Positions 39,187-50,247 of a stretch of DNA of 64,000 nucleotides are shown one piece after another; position 1 is the stretch's first letter, and every line of letters starts with the position of its first letter. The notes under the pieces were generated by a model. The model ran no database searches, was not told the origin of the DNA, and was given only the letters and a program-made list of their open reading frames with translations. Made by a program: the position numbers and the translations under genes. The stretch is from Antedon mediterranea. Taxonomy: Eukaryota; Animalia; Echinodermata. The DNA lies in assembly GCF_964355755.1 (NCBI RefSeq), contig NC_092675.1, positions 17,456,912 to 17,520,911 on the forward strand. Direction: 5' to 3'.

Positions 39187-40196
39187 AAATAAAGTTTTTC
39201 AATTTCTTTATTTATCCTGTGTGGGGAAATTTCATCAAGGACTGAAAAATACATTTTCAAAAATACACAAATCATATTTAAACGCAACGTCTTAAATCTA
39301 CAGAATTCTTAATACTATATGACCCATGAGCAAATATATTTGCAACCTTTATTTAACAGTCTAATACTGTGGTTGCAACAAAACAATTTTGAACTCATGA
39401 AATAGGGTATGTTCCGGTGTTTTTAATATATATTTACATTTAGCTAAAATCTGTTTGTCACAGAAAGATGAAATATTTTGGTAATTTTTGCACATACATT
39501 TACAATTTTCACCAGCCAAGATCGATCTTTAAAGATGTATTGTCCCCCCAGAAAAAATAATTCTTAACTTTTTTTTTTTTTGAATATGTCATTTTAATGT
39601 CACAAAATTTAATAGTTATCCACTTTGTCAAAAAATTGGTTCGAAAAAAAATGTGTTTACATAAAAAACTGTAATTTAAAGCAAAAAATAAAAGTCAAAT
39701 TGGCTGCCAGCCAATGGGTTTTTGGTTGAATTTAACCATTATTTTGTCATTTTATAAGTGAAAACATAAATTTTTCCGTTTTTTTTCTATGAAAGTGATA
39801 ACTTGATTAAAACTACAAAATAATTTATTGAAAGTCTGATTTTATTAATCCGCCAAGGAGGTTATGTTTTTACCCCTGTATGTTTGTGTGCGTGTGCGTG
39901 TGTGTGTGTGTGTGAACAGCCTGGAGGCCACAGTTTTTATCCGATTCTCACCCCAAATTTGGCCACAATGATCTATGCCCCAGAATCTCAGACGAGTTCG
40001 AATTTGAGGGGAAAGGGTTAAGGTCAAAGTCACAACTAACAAAAAACTATTTTACTGCCTAGAGACCACAGTTTTTATCTGATTCTCACCAAACTTAGCC
40101 ACAATGATCAATGACTCATCATATAATTGTGGTTACATTTTGAAGGGTCAGGGTCAAAGATCAAGGTCAAAAAAAAAATATAATAATAATAAAAAA

Positions 40197-40272
40197 CCCT
40201 CAGCGGGACTTGAACCAGCGATCTCAACTGTGAGAGGCTGGATACATAACCATTACACTAAACGCTCATCCA
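40197..40272 (-). repeat. tRNA-derived (SINE-head-like) fragment inside the Helentron 5' region
   Basis: The reverse complement has TAGTGTAATGGTTA (A box) and GGTTCAAGTCCC (B box), but a poor acceptor stem. Confidence 0.55.
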
Positions 40273-40451
40273 CAACTTTGTAGTGTGGCAGTTAGCCTAT
40301 TTACACGTAGAACTAATAAAAAATATAAATCCAAAGGCAAATTACTGAAAAAATGACAATGCTGTGGGTATCAGTGGCTGGATCTCAATGGAGATACAAA
40401 ATAAAAGCGAAAAGCTAAATCAAAACGTAAGTAAAACAGCCAGAAAAGTTA

Positions 40452-40488
40452 GCAGAGCTTTCGGGCAACACTAGCCCTTCATCAGTGC
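40452..40488 (-). ncRNA. Minimal hammerhead ribozyme within a Penelope-like pLTR fragment (about 40326-40560)
   Basis: Reverse complement GCA-CTGATGA-AGGGCTAGTGTTGCCC-GAAA-GCTC-TGC, identical to 56254-56290. Confidence 0.75.
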
Positions 40489-41944
40489 AAGTGAAGGAAT
40501 TTGGATAACGTCATAGTATAAAGCTGGCAAGTGCTGCCTGGGTGGACAGGCAGCAGCATAAAAATATATATATATACTGTATATATATTTTCCGGGGACA
40601 TTTTAATTAGATTGGTTGATATTCAAGCCGGTGATCTGGCACTGTGATATTCAAGCCGGCGATCTGGTACTGAGCAGTCTCAACGTAACAAGTAAACTGA
40701 AATTGCAGTTTCTCGAGAAATGCATGGTTATTTTAATTCGGCACCACTGTCTTAGGGAAATGATCAAGATCAGCTGATAAGAACATAACGCACTAATATT
40801 AAATAGGCCAAAAAATACAAACAATTTGTAATGTTACCTTGTAGTTACCTAGACTTGTGTGCTATTTAAAAGAGGAATATTTATTTTTTATGCGTATCAA
40901 GATATTTCTTTTGTGATTTTTTAATTAGTTTCATTTTGACATTTGTTCTCTGCTAAAGTTAATTAGATATTTATAGTCATGTTAAGAATAAAAATATCCT
41001 CTTACACGACCATGAAAACGCGTAGTGACCGCGCAGAGTCACAACAAACCTCTTTGCTGTACCTGTTTGTCTGTATTTGTTGACTGCTGTACTATTTTGT
41101 TGGCTGTATATTTTGTTTGCACCTGTTGGCTGTATCTTTAGGGTAGGTGTACCCGTTAGCAGTTACGACAACAAGAAACTACAGAAAAGAACTTGAAAAG
41201 ACAAGCCCTGGACAAACATGCAAAACAGACAAAGAGGGCAAATGACGCACCAGAAGTTACTGAGAAACGTCGTACTTCAAACAGATTGCAGATGCAACGT
41301 CAGAGAGCAGAGATGCACCACCACAAGCTACCGAAAAACGGCGTGCATTAAATAAATTGAACATGCAACGTCACAGAACTGAAGAATCACCAGAAGCTAC
41401 CGAAAAACGGCGTGAATCAGTGAGATTGCAAAAACAAGTAAGCATAGCACAAGAGACTAAGCTGCTCAATCACGTCGTGATTCAATGAGATTTAATATTC
41501 AAAATAAAAGAAATATTGAAAGAAATCAACAAATTACTATTGATAAAAGTGCTGCTAATTTCTTTTCAAAAATATCTGAAGGACCAATTTATATTTGCTG
41601 CTCGTGTTATAGGCTCCATTACAGATCATCTGCTATTCAGATGAAGGCTGAAAAATATTCATCGACTGAAGATATAAAAAAAATCATGGTAGCAACAACT
41701 GAAGTGCAGACTCATGGCAAATCCTGGATATGCAGCACGTGTCACAGTGCTCTAAAGAAAGGAAACGTTCCGACGCAATCATGGATCAATGATTTGGAAT
41801 TAGATGATATACCCCTTGAACTGCAAGACCTGCGGCCATTGGAATCAAGTTTGATAAGCCAGCGTATCCCCTTTATGAAGTAAGTCGGACTAGAAGAGGC
41901 CAGAAAGCTATACATGGTAATGCTATCAACGTACCATCCAAGTT

Positions 41945-42660
41945 AATCTGTGGGCCTTGTTTGGTTCCTTTGTAATTTGGTACCCCAGTATTTTTTAGAT
42001 ATGTATGTCACGAACTCCTTTTACGTATGTTTCCGAGCGGTTGAAAATACTTCAGGAACTCCCTTGTGACATAAGAGTAAACACACAAAATCCACAAAGT
42101 TGTAAATTAACTCAAAAACAAAGCTTTAATTTCAATCAACTTCAACTTTCAACAATCCAGTAAGCACTTTAAACAACAGCTTCACAATAACTTTACAATA
42201 TAATATTCAACCTCTAATCCAACCTCTAATCCAACAACCTTACAATAGTTTTACATCCCTTTATATACAAGATGTTCCTATCCTTCTAGATCATTCTTTA
42301 TACTTCTTATTCTATTGGAATAAAGTTTCTATTAATAGCATACTGGAATGTTCCTGATTGTTCTTATTAATTATACATGGTTTCTTAAATCAAAACATCT
42401 TATTCTAGAATGTTCTTGTAGATACTAAGTTACTGTATCTGTTAGGAATGGTAATTTATTACAATGTAATAAGTGAATGTTTTGAGGTTTTTTGTTCATG
42501 TATGTTTTCTAATTTCATGGTACGATATTTAATTTAAAGTAAATGTTAAATTAGATGTTTCTATTTTTATAGCAATTTTAACTAATTTTTATATATTTGT
42601 CTTTGACTGTCGTTTTGTAATATATTTTTATATACCGAATAAATGAATAAATAAATAAAT
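41945..42660. mobile_element. AT-rich insertion(s) interrupting the Helentron ORF, possibly including a solo LTR
   Basis: Coding similarity stops near 41945 and resumes at YMYEYIRPKKVMEALRWLK (42661); TGTCAC/TGTGAC..TTACA motifs inside. Confidence 0.4.
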
Positions 42661-44955
42661 TACATGTACGAGTACATTCGACCGAAGAAGGTGATGGAAG
42701 CACTTCGTTGGTTAAAACACAATAATCCTCTATATAAAGAAATTACAATCTGTCACGACTAGGAACACCAGTGGCAAAAAAACGATGCAGACTTATGGCA
42801 AGTAATTACTAAGCCATGAATGAACAGACGGGAGAAAATCCCCACACTGTATTTTATAACTCTAGTAGCTGTGGTAACTCAAGTCCAGCCACAATTGAAA
42901 ACTTGCCTGAATGTTTATCTGTTAACAATGACTACTTGGTGTTGACACAATTAGCAAAGAGACACAATATGAAAATTCAAAACGTGCCTGCAGATGACAA
43001 TTGTTTTTTTCATGCAGTATCTATGTCTCTTCATGCAGCAGGAATACAGACTATTAGTGCCACAAAAATGCGGCAGATGCTAATACACTTCTTAGATACA
43101 ACAGACTTCCGCGAGGACTATATTTGTTTTTTACAGATTCCCACAAGTGTTTCCGACGATGAAATTTCTCTTGAAATGCTGACACTACAACAACATCAGC
43201 AGCTCGAGTATTATATCGAAGGCCTAAGAAATGGTGAATGGGCAGATAACCTAGCAGTCCAAGGTGTTGCTGACATGCTTAATATCAACATCAATGTGAT
43301 AAACACTATCACACCTGATTGGATGCATGATGTGCATCCTCGGCGATGTAGAAGTGACAGCACGATAACTATCGGTCTGATTGGAGAGCTGCACTATGTA
43401 GCACTGGAAAACGCTGACACAGATTTACACTTAGAACAAGAACAATCAGAACCTCTCAAGACAAGATAACGAACTGAAGATGAAAAAGATGAAATTAGTT
43501 TTGAACATAACACTAAATTACGAGGTATACCCTATGATACCCTCCTACAAGAAGAACAGTTTTTTGTTGACGAAGACAGCAACTTCTCTGTAGCCCCAGG
43601 AGAGAACCAAAAACCATGTGCTTTAGCTAAATGACAAACTGTTTAAAGAGATGTCTAACCCCACAAAATATCCATTTGGACGTGGTGGGTTAAAAGAAAA
43701 ACGAGGAAAAACATTGACAACCAGGAAGTACTTTAATCCGAGACTTCTTCACAAGGATGGTCGTTTTGCTCAAGACATCGACTACCTTTTGGCTGCCCAA
43801 TATACAGTAGAGGCGAAACAAGTCAATGATAACCTTCAAATTTCTCTGAGACAAAGTCGTGGGAAAACATTTCAAAACCGAACATGTTGGCTTAATAAAA
43901 TGCACTGACACTGTACAAGCAATGATTCGTACAGATACAGCTTTTCTAAAGAACATTCGCGGATCTCCACCATACTGGAATTCTGTGATGCTAGACTTGC
44001 TAGCAATGGTTCGACAATTAGGCATACCAACGTGGTTTATAACACTTTCAGCAGCAGATATGAAGTGGCCTGAGGTTATTCAGAGCATTGCCTTTCAGTA
44101 CGGAAAAACTCTGACGCCTAATGATGTCAAAAGCATGTCATGAGAAGAAAAGTGCAAGTGGTTGCGTTGTAACCCAGTAACAGCAGCACGTCAATTCCAA
44201 CACCGCCTTGATATATTCTTTAAGGAATTTATAGGGGGAAAAGCTAATCCCATTGGTCAACTACAAGACTATAATATCTGTATCGAATTTAAAGCTCGTG
44301 GGTCCCCTCATGCGCATACAATGCTTTGGATAAAAGATGCCCCAAAACTAAAAATACTGATGAAGAAGTTGCCGCTTTTATTGATCAGTACCAGATGTGT
44401 GCCATACCAGATGAGAAAGAGTGTGAATTGAGAGAGTTAGTTCTCTGTGTACAAAAACATGTACACTCTTCTACTTGCAGAAAAAGTGGGTCTTGCAGGT
44501 GCAGGTTCAGGGTACAGAAAGTAATGGAAGAGAAAGAAATAGCAGAAAATATATCTCTTGAATGTCTGCTTCAAAAAGATGAAGTGTAATTGCATTGCTA
44601 TCAACATTATCTTCAGCTCATGAAGTCAAGGCAACAGGTTATATTGCAGCGTCAGTCTGCTCAGAGATGTATAAATCAATATAATCCAAAGATCTTGCAG
44701 ACATGGCAAGCAAACATGGACTTACAGTTTATAACAGATCCATACTCTTGCATAAAATATATCACTAGTTACATGATGAAAAGTGAAAAGGCCATGAGTG
44801 AATTGCTTAGAAACGTTGCAGAAGAATGCAGAGGTGAAGATATTAGGGCCAAGCTAAAAATGGTTGGATCTGCTTTTCTCAATAATCGAAAAGTTAGTGC
44901 CCAGGAGGCTGCATATAGGCTGCTGTCGCTACCCTTGAAAAAAGCAAGCAGAAAG

Positions 44956-45233
44956 GTATTTGAATTTGAATTTTTTTATTTGGTAATCCAAAGTTTAAAA
45001 CAATAATATATAATACAATTGCACTGATAAACAGGCCTTGATTGATTACGAGGAATGCCAAGAAAAGTTAAAAACTTATTTCCACTTGGGTCACATAACA
45101 ATGAACTGATAAAAAGTACACAAACATTACAAAAAAAAAACATCTTACATTTATAGAATCCTAAAACAATAGTATAGTATATAAAAGTTAAAAATTACAA
45201 TTTATCTTACAATTATTTATTCTGAATTTACAG
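44956..45233 (-). mobile_element. Short LINE 3'-end insertion in the Helentron ORF with AGGTA duplication
   Basis: Starts with a (TTTGAA)2 tail; flanks read AAG|GTA and CAG|GTA; coding similarity resumes VVFV after it. Confidence 0.55.
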
Positions 45234-48200
45234 GTAGTGTTTGTATTGTCAATACTGCCCCAAAGGAGAAACGAATTTGCCTACTAAAGCCAAATAGTAT
45301 CCTGCAAAATATGAATGATGATGATGATGAGAATATTTTTTGCACATCCATGATTGACAGATACGTCGCCCGTCCAAATGAACTAGAAAATATGTCCATG
45401 GCCGAGTTTGCAGCTACATACACTACATCTATCAGAGGTGGTTCAGACGAAGCAGCTAATGATATTACAGATATTTTTGATGTTAGTGATATCAACAAAG
45501 CTGGGACTCGCAATGTATATGATAAATGTAGTTATCCCTCAATAATCACATTAAAACACAGTCTAGGACACATGAGTAAGCGCAAAAGGCACTGTGTCAT
45601 TAGGTTCCACAAAGGAAAGTCAGAAGGTGAAGAAAAGTACAGAAACCTGCTTATGTTGTATTTTCCTTGGCGCAATGAAGATGTCGATTTGAAGGTCGAT
45701 TTTTCCTCATTCAAAGAACATTTTATGCATGTGAAGGATATCATCCATAAAAATGAGAATACTGAAGCGATAGACAGAGCCTTTGATGACCTGCAGCAGA
45801 ATAGGCCTTCAGAAGATATTTGGGATGTTGTTTCAACCAAAATTCGGTATCAGCAAGCTGAACAGGAAGACGAAGGAGTAGTTCAAGAAAGACATGTGCC
45901 AGAAAACAGCCAAAATGTAAATATTGACCTGGATGAAAGACCCACCACTTCAAATAGGTCCGAACTTCATGCACGCTTTTCAGCTGAACTTGGTGAGGTT
46001 CTGATGAACCCTCAAGAAAACAGAGCTATGATGAGATCATTAAACACGAAGCAGATGGAATTTATGACGTTTCATCGAAAGTGGTGTAAAGACGTTGTTT
46101 TTTCACTGAAATAGACAAGCCTACTCCAAAATACAGAATATTCCTAAGTGGACCTGGTGGAGTAGGAAAAAGCCACATTATAAAACTGGTTCATTATGAA
46201 ACAATGAAGCTATTAAAACCTCTATCAGGACATTTTGAGTCCGATGAACTTCCAGTTTTGTTAACTGCATTCACTGGAATAGAAGGGTTGACGCTGCACT
46301 CGGCTTTCAACTTTTCTTGTGGCCTCAATAGCAGAAAAGAATACCACCCAGCCAGTAGTGAGAAGCTCAGCACATTGCGGTCCAGGTTAGGAAAGTTAAA
46401 CACATTCACCGTCATTTAAAAGACATTACTGGAACACCAGACCTAGAATCGCGGTTTGGAGGCTTAAGTATTCTGGCTGTTGGAGGTTTATTTCAACTTC
46501 AACCAATTGGTCAAAGCCATGTGTTTCCTTCAGATACCTATGCCAGGCTCCATGGCTCTCTGTGGAAGGAAAACTTTCACCTAATGGAACTGACAGAAAG
46601 CATGCGCCAAGTGAAGATCAAGTGTTCGCACAGCTACTGATGCGAGTCAGAACAGCCAGCTGCTCACAAGAAGATATAAAGTTGTTAAAATCTAGGTTAG
46701 TGTCAAAGTCAGATGCATCATATCCAGCCACAGCTCTTCATGTCTTTAAAACAAACAAAGAAGTCGATGAACACAACCAAGACCATTTAAAAAACTCCCA
46801 ACTCAGGTGTTTTATATTCAAGCTATCGACAAGAAGAAAGATGTACACACTGGTCTAATCGATGTTGTTATATCAGTCAAGCCATCAGACACTGGAGGCG
46901 AGAGGTTGTATCTGTGTTGCTGTAGGAGCAAAAGTGATGGTGACCCTTAACATCAATGTATCTGATGGTCTGGCGAATGGAGTCTGTGGCACTGTTGTTG
47001 GCATTGAAACAACAGGGGAAACTGTTAATGTGATACTGGTGAAATTTGACAGAGAGCGTATTGGAAAACAAGCCATTGCTGACAGTCAGTACAAGAACAC
47101 GTATCCAAGAGGTACAATTTCTGGCTGGCAGAAGCAGACGATCAGTAGAAGCTAAACGTACTCAATTCCCTCTTTCGCTAGCTTGGGGATGCACTATCCA
47201 TAAAGTTCAAGGAAAAACCTTAAACAAGATCGTTGTATCCATGTCAGGTAAGAGCCGTTTATGCCTGGCCAAGCTTATGTCGCACTCAGCAGAGTCAAGA
47301 CATTACAAGATGTATATCTTGGATTTGATGCAAGTGCCATTCGGGTCAATCTAGCAGTGCTTGAAGAAATGGATCGTCTTAGAAGCAATCTGGTGGAAAA
47401 CACTGAGCTTCATTCTACTCAAGTTGCTCTTCAATCTATCTTAAAGATCCGACTTCTTAATATACGATCCTACCTAGAACATTTTGAAGATTTGAAATCC
47501 GATCATATGGTTTTTCCAACTGATGTGTTCTGTTGTGTAGAGACATTTCTGAAAAATGGACATAACCTTAATGACAGTCAACATATACTTCCAGACGCAA
47601 TGTGCTTCAGAGCTGACAGACCTTCTACACAGGGACGAGGAGGTGGTGTGATGACATTAGCTGTTCGGAATGTTGCACCTTTCGAACTTAAATTATCTGC
47701 AAAACGGTTTGAATATACAGCTATATCTATTTCCAAAGCTTCTACATATGTCAACCTAATTACTGTTTACAGGCCGCCATCATGAGTCCTGTAACATTTA
47801 CCAAGCTCCAGGACCTAATTAGGACACTCCAAAAAGACATCCTAACTGTCATTCTGGGAGACTTCAATTTTGATCTTGTGAACAATTCAAATCATTCCAT
47901 TTTACAAGTTATGAATCAGTTGGGGTTTTACCGGCATGTTATTGTTAAAACACCACCAACAGACTACGGCTCCCTTTTAGATCACGTCTACGTCAACCAA
48001 GAAGAATGTGTTTCTGTTCAGATTATAGACACATACTAATCTGACCATGACATGGTGTGCGTTACCTTGAACTTAAGTAGGTTTCAATTAAAGTAATTGA
48101 AAGCCATCGTTTATTTTACTACGGTATCTCATCATTTTTGTTAAAGTAAGGACTACTGTAATGTCTACTTGAAATAAACAAAACTTACTTTAACACTGTT

Positions 48201-48309
48201 TGCACTTGGTCTTTTATTTATATATAATATTTTTTCTGGGGACATTTTATGTAGGGGAATTTTACAGTAGGCGGAGGTTTGTACTCAGTACCCTCTAGTT
48301 TTTCATGTT

Positions 48310-49640
48310 TTTGGAAAAACCAACATATAAAGGAAAAGGTTAAAACACTCTCCACATTTTTAAAATACACTTATTTACTTTAAATTCATTTAGCTTCCTT
48401 AGTATCTCCCTCTATAGTTTCCCTTTTTTTTATTAATATATCGGTATTTAATCCCCAGCTGAGATTGTCTTCAAATATAGTACTCAATCTCAACTGGTTC
48501 GTTATTTAATATAGTGACCTCATGGCTGTGTCTTTCACATCGAAAATCGATAATCATTTACTTTGTCTTAGAAACATTCAGATTTAAATACGAGTCATCA
48601 CAAAAATTATTAAAATTAATATTATTTCCCTTCTTAAAAAAGTGTAAGTAAAACAGAATCGTCTGCAAATTTAACAATAAAGCTATTTTCCTGCGTACTA
48701 CGGCAATCGTCGGTATATGAAATATAAAGGAATGGGTATAAGACACAGCCCTTAAGCATGGAGGTACCTCCATGCCTTAAGTGAACCTGTATTTGTAACA
48801 TACCACTTAGAATATCTATTCTTAACTAAAACTCGCAGACACCTATTTGTTAAAAAATCTAAAATTATTAATATTAAATCATCTTGTAGATTAAAATTTG
48901 TTTTTAGTTTCCTGGCCAGTACATGTGTGGCTGCATTGTATTAAATGCAGACGAAAATCGACAAAGAGTATTCTGGTATGAAAGCAGGTAACTCAGGATG
49001 CTTATGAATAGTATTTAATAAAAACAGTTTGGCAACTTCAACACCTCTTCCAGTCCTATACGCCAATTGTAAGGGATCAAGCATTGGTTCTAAGGTTGAA
49101 GATATAAATGCTTTGATTATCCATTCAAAAATCTTCCTGACTAGAGATGTAAGAGCAACTGGTCTTAATCGTTAGTTGCTTAGTACTATTGTTTTTGGGT
49201 ACTGGAATTATACAGTAGTGGATTTTTTCCATAGTTTCGGTATCATGCATAACATTTGCGAGGACTGGAAGAGGTGTTGAAGAACACCACATAGTTTCAC
49301 CCGCAACCTCATAACTTTTATTTAATTTAATTACTGTAAAAACGTTTTTTTTCAATATTAATCTTTCTATTTGTATTATTTATAATATTATTTTGTGGAA
49401 CTTGGTCTCGTCTTATTTCATTTAACACCTGATTTTTAAATCTTGAATAAAAATCGCATCAGGTAACGAGTTATCAATATGTATTTCTTGCTTAACTCTA
49501 TATTTAGAATGTATAGAAGCCATATGTTGTATACCTTGCCAAGCATTTCTTAAGCTCCCGTTTCCAAAAGGTTGCTTCTATTTTACTCCTATTTTACTCC
49601 TATAATTTACTTTAGCTACGCGAATGGCACGTCTCACTTC
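48310..49640 (-). mobile_element. Highly decayed non-LTR retrotransposon RT fragment
   Basis: Minus-strand remnants IIPVPK, LDPLQLAYRTGRGVE, FVDFSSAFNT, FCDDSYLNLNVSKTK. Confidence 0.7.
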
Positions 49641-50247
49641 CCTGTTCATTAATTTTTACAGTGAAAATGATCATACCTAATACAAACTATTATGTTTTAA
49701 TTTAATATTGGTCTTGTGATTTTAATTGCTTTTCTGTACTTTAGTAGAGAAGCATTGTGCTTTCAATGTACCTAGATAAGTATGCATTATTTTCTATGTA
49801 AGAATCACAAGATAGTTTACATACCCCAATTAGTAACTAACCTGCTTACACCCGCTAAAATAACCACATTATATTGAACCTGTGTAAAATGAAGCTCATT
49901 TCGTTCAGCAGCCATGTTACAGGTACAGTATACTTATGAATGACTAGGTCATAGCTTCCTATATAATTATGAACATTTCTTCTACCTCGGAAAAAGAATT
50001 GCGAAACCTGAACAAAGTGAATTTGATTAGTTATTTTTTATAATTAGTTAGTTTATTTATTTATTTATTTCGTTTTCTTTCAGTAGGGTAGCCCTCTCAG
50101 TAATAAAATAAAACTGCTCTTCCGAGGGGCCCTACGGCACATTTAAACAAAATTTGAAAACAACTTAAACTAAACTTAAACTAAAACTTAAACTAAAACT
50201 AAACTTCAATGCATGTTCTCATTATTATTATAACTTTTATACCATAT

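Larger units (their letters stand above)
41165..48080 (+). pseudogene. Helentron RepHel polyprotein pseudogene: Cys motifs - OTU protease - HUH Rep - PIF1 helicase - AP endonuclease
   Basis: YICCSCYR/WICSTCH; OTU VPADDNCFFHAVS..GEWAD..ELHYVAL (42816-43469); Rep RGSPPYW, PTWFITLSAAD, EFKARGSPHAHTMLW, WQANMDLQF; Walker A SGPGGVGKS (about 46147); QFPLSLAWGCTIHKVQG, GQAYVALSRV; APE LNIRS, VYRPPS, ILGDFN, SLLDHVY, SDH. Many stops and frameshifts. Confidence 0.93.
39844..48300 (+). mobile_element. Full-length but decayed Helentron (Helitron2-type rolling-circle transposon)
   Basis: 5' end TTAATCCGCCAAGGAGG plus (GT)n; 3' end GGCGGAGG-TTT-GTACTCAGTAC-CCTCTAGTT; internal fragmented Rep/helicase/endonuclease ORF. 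Confidence 0.88.

Noticed and set aside
40197-40272. Functional tRNA gene (also 32034-32105)
   Set aside because: A and B boxes are present but the stems do not pair as a full cloverleaf; these are SINE-type derivatives.
42816-43469. Host OTU deubiquitinase gene
   Set aside because: Intronless and collinear with Helentron Rep/helicase fragments between the element termini.
46140-47400. Host PIF1 helicase gene
   Set aside because: Frameshifted and fused between the HUH Rep and endonuclease domains of the transposon.
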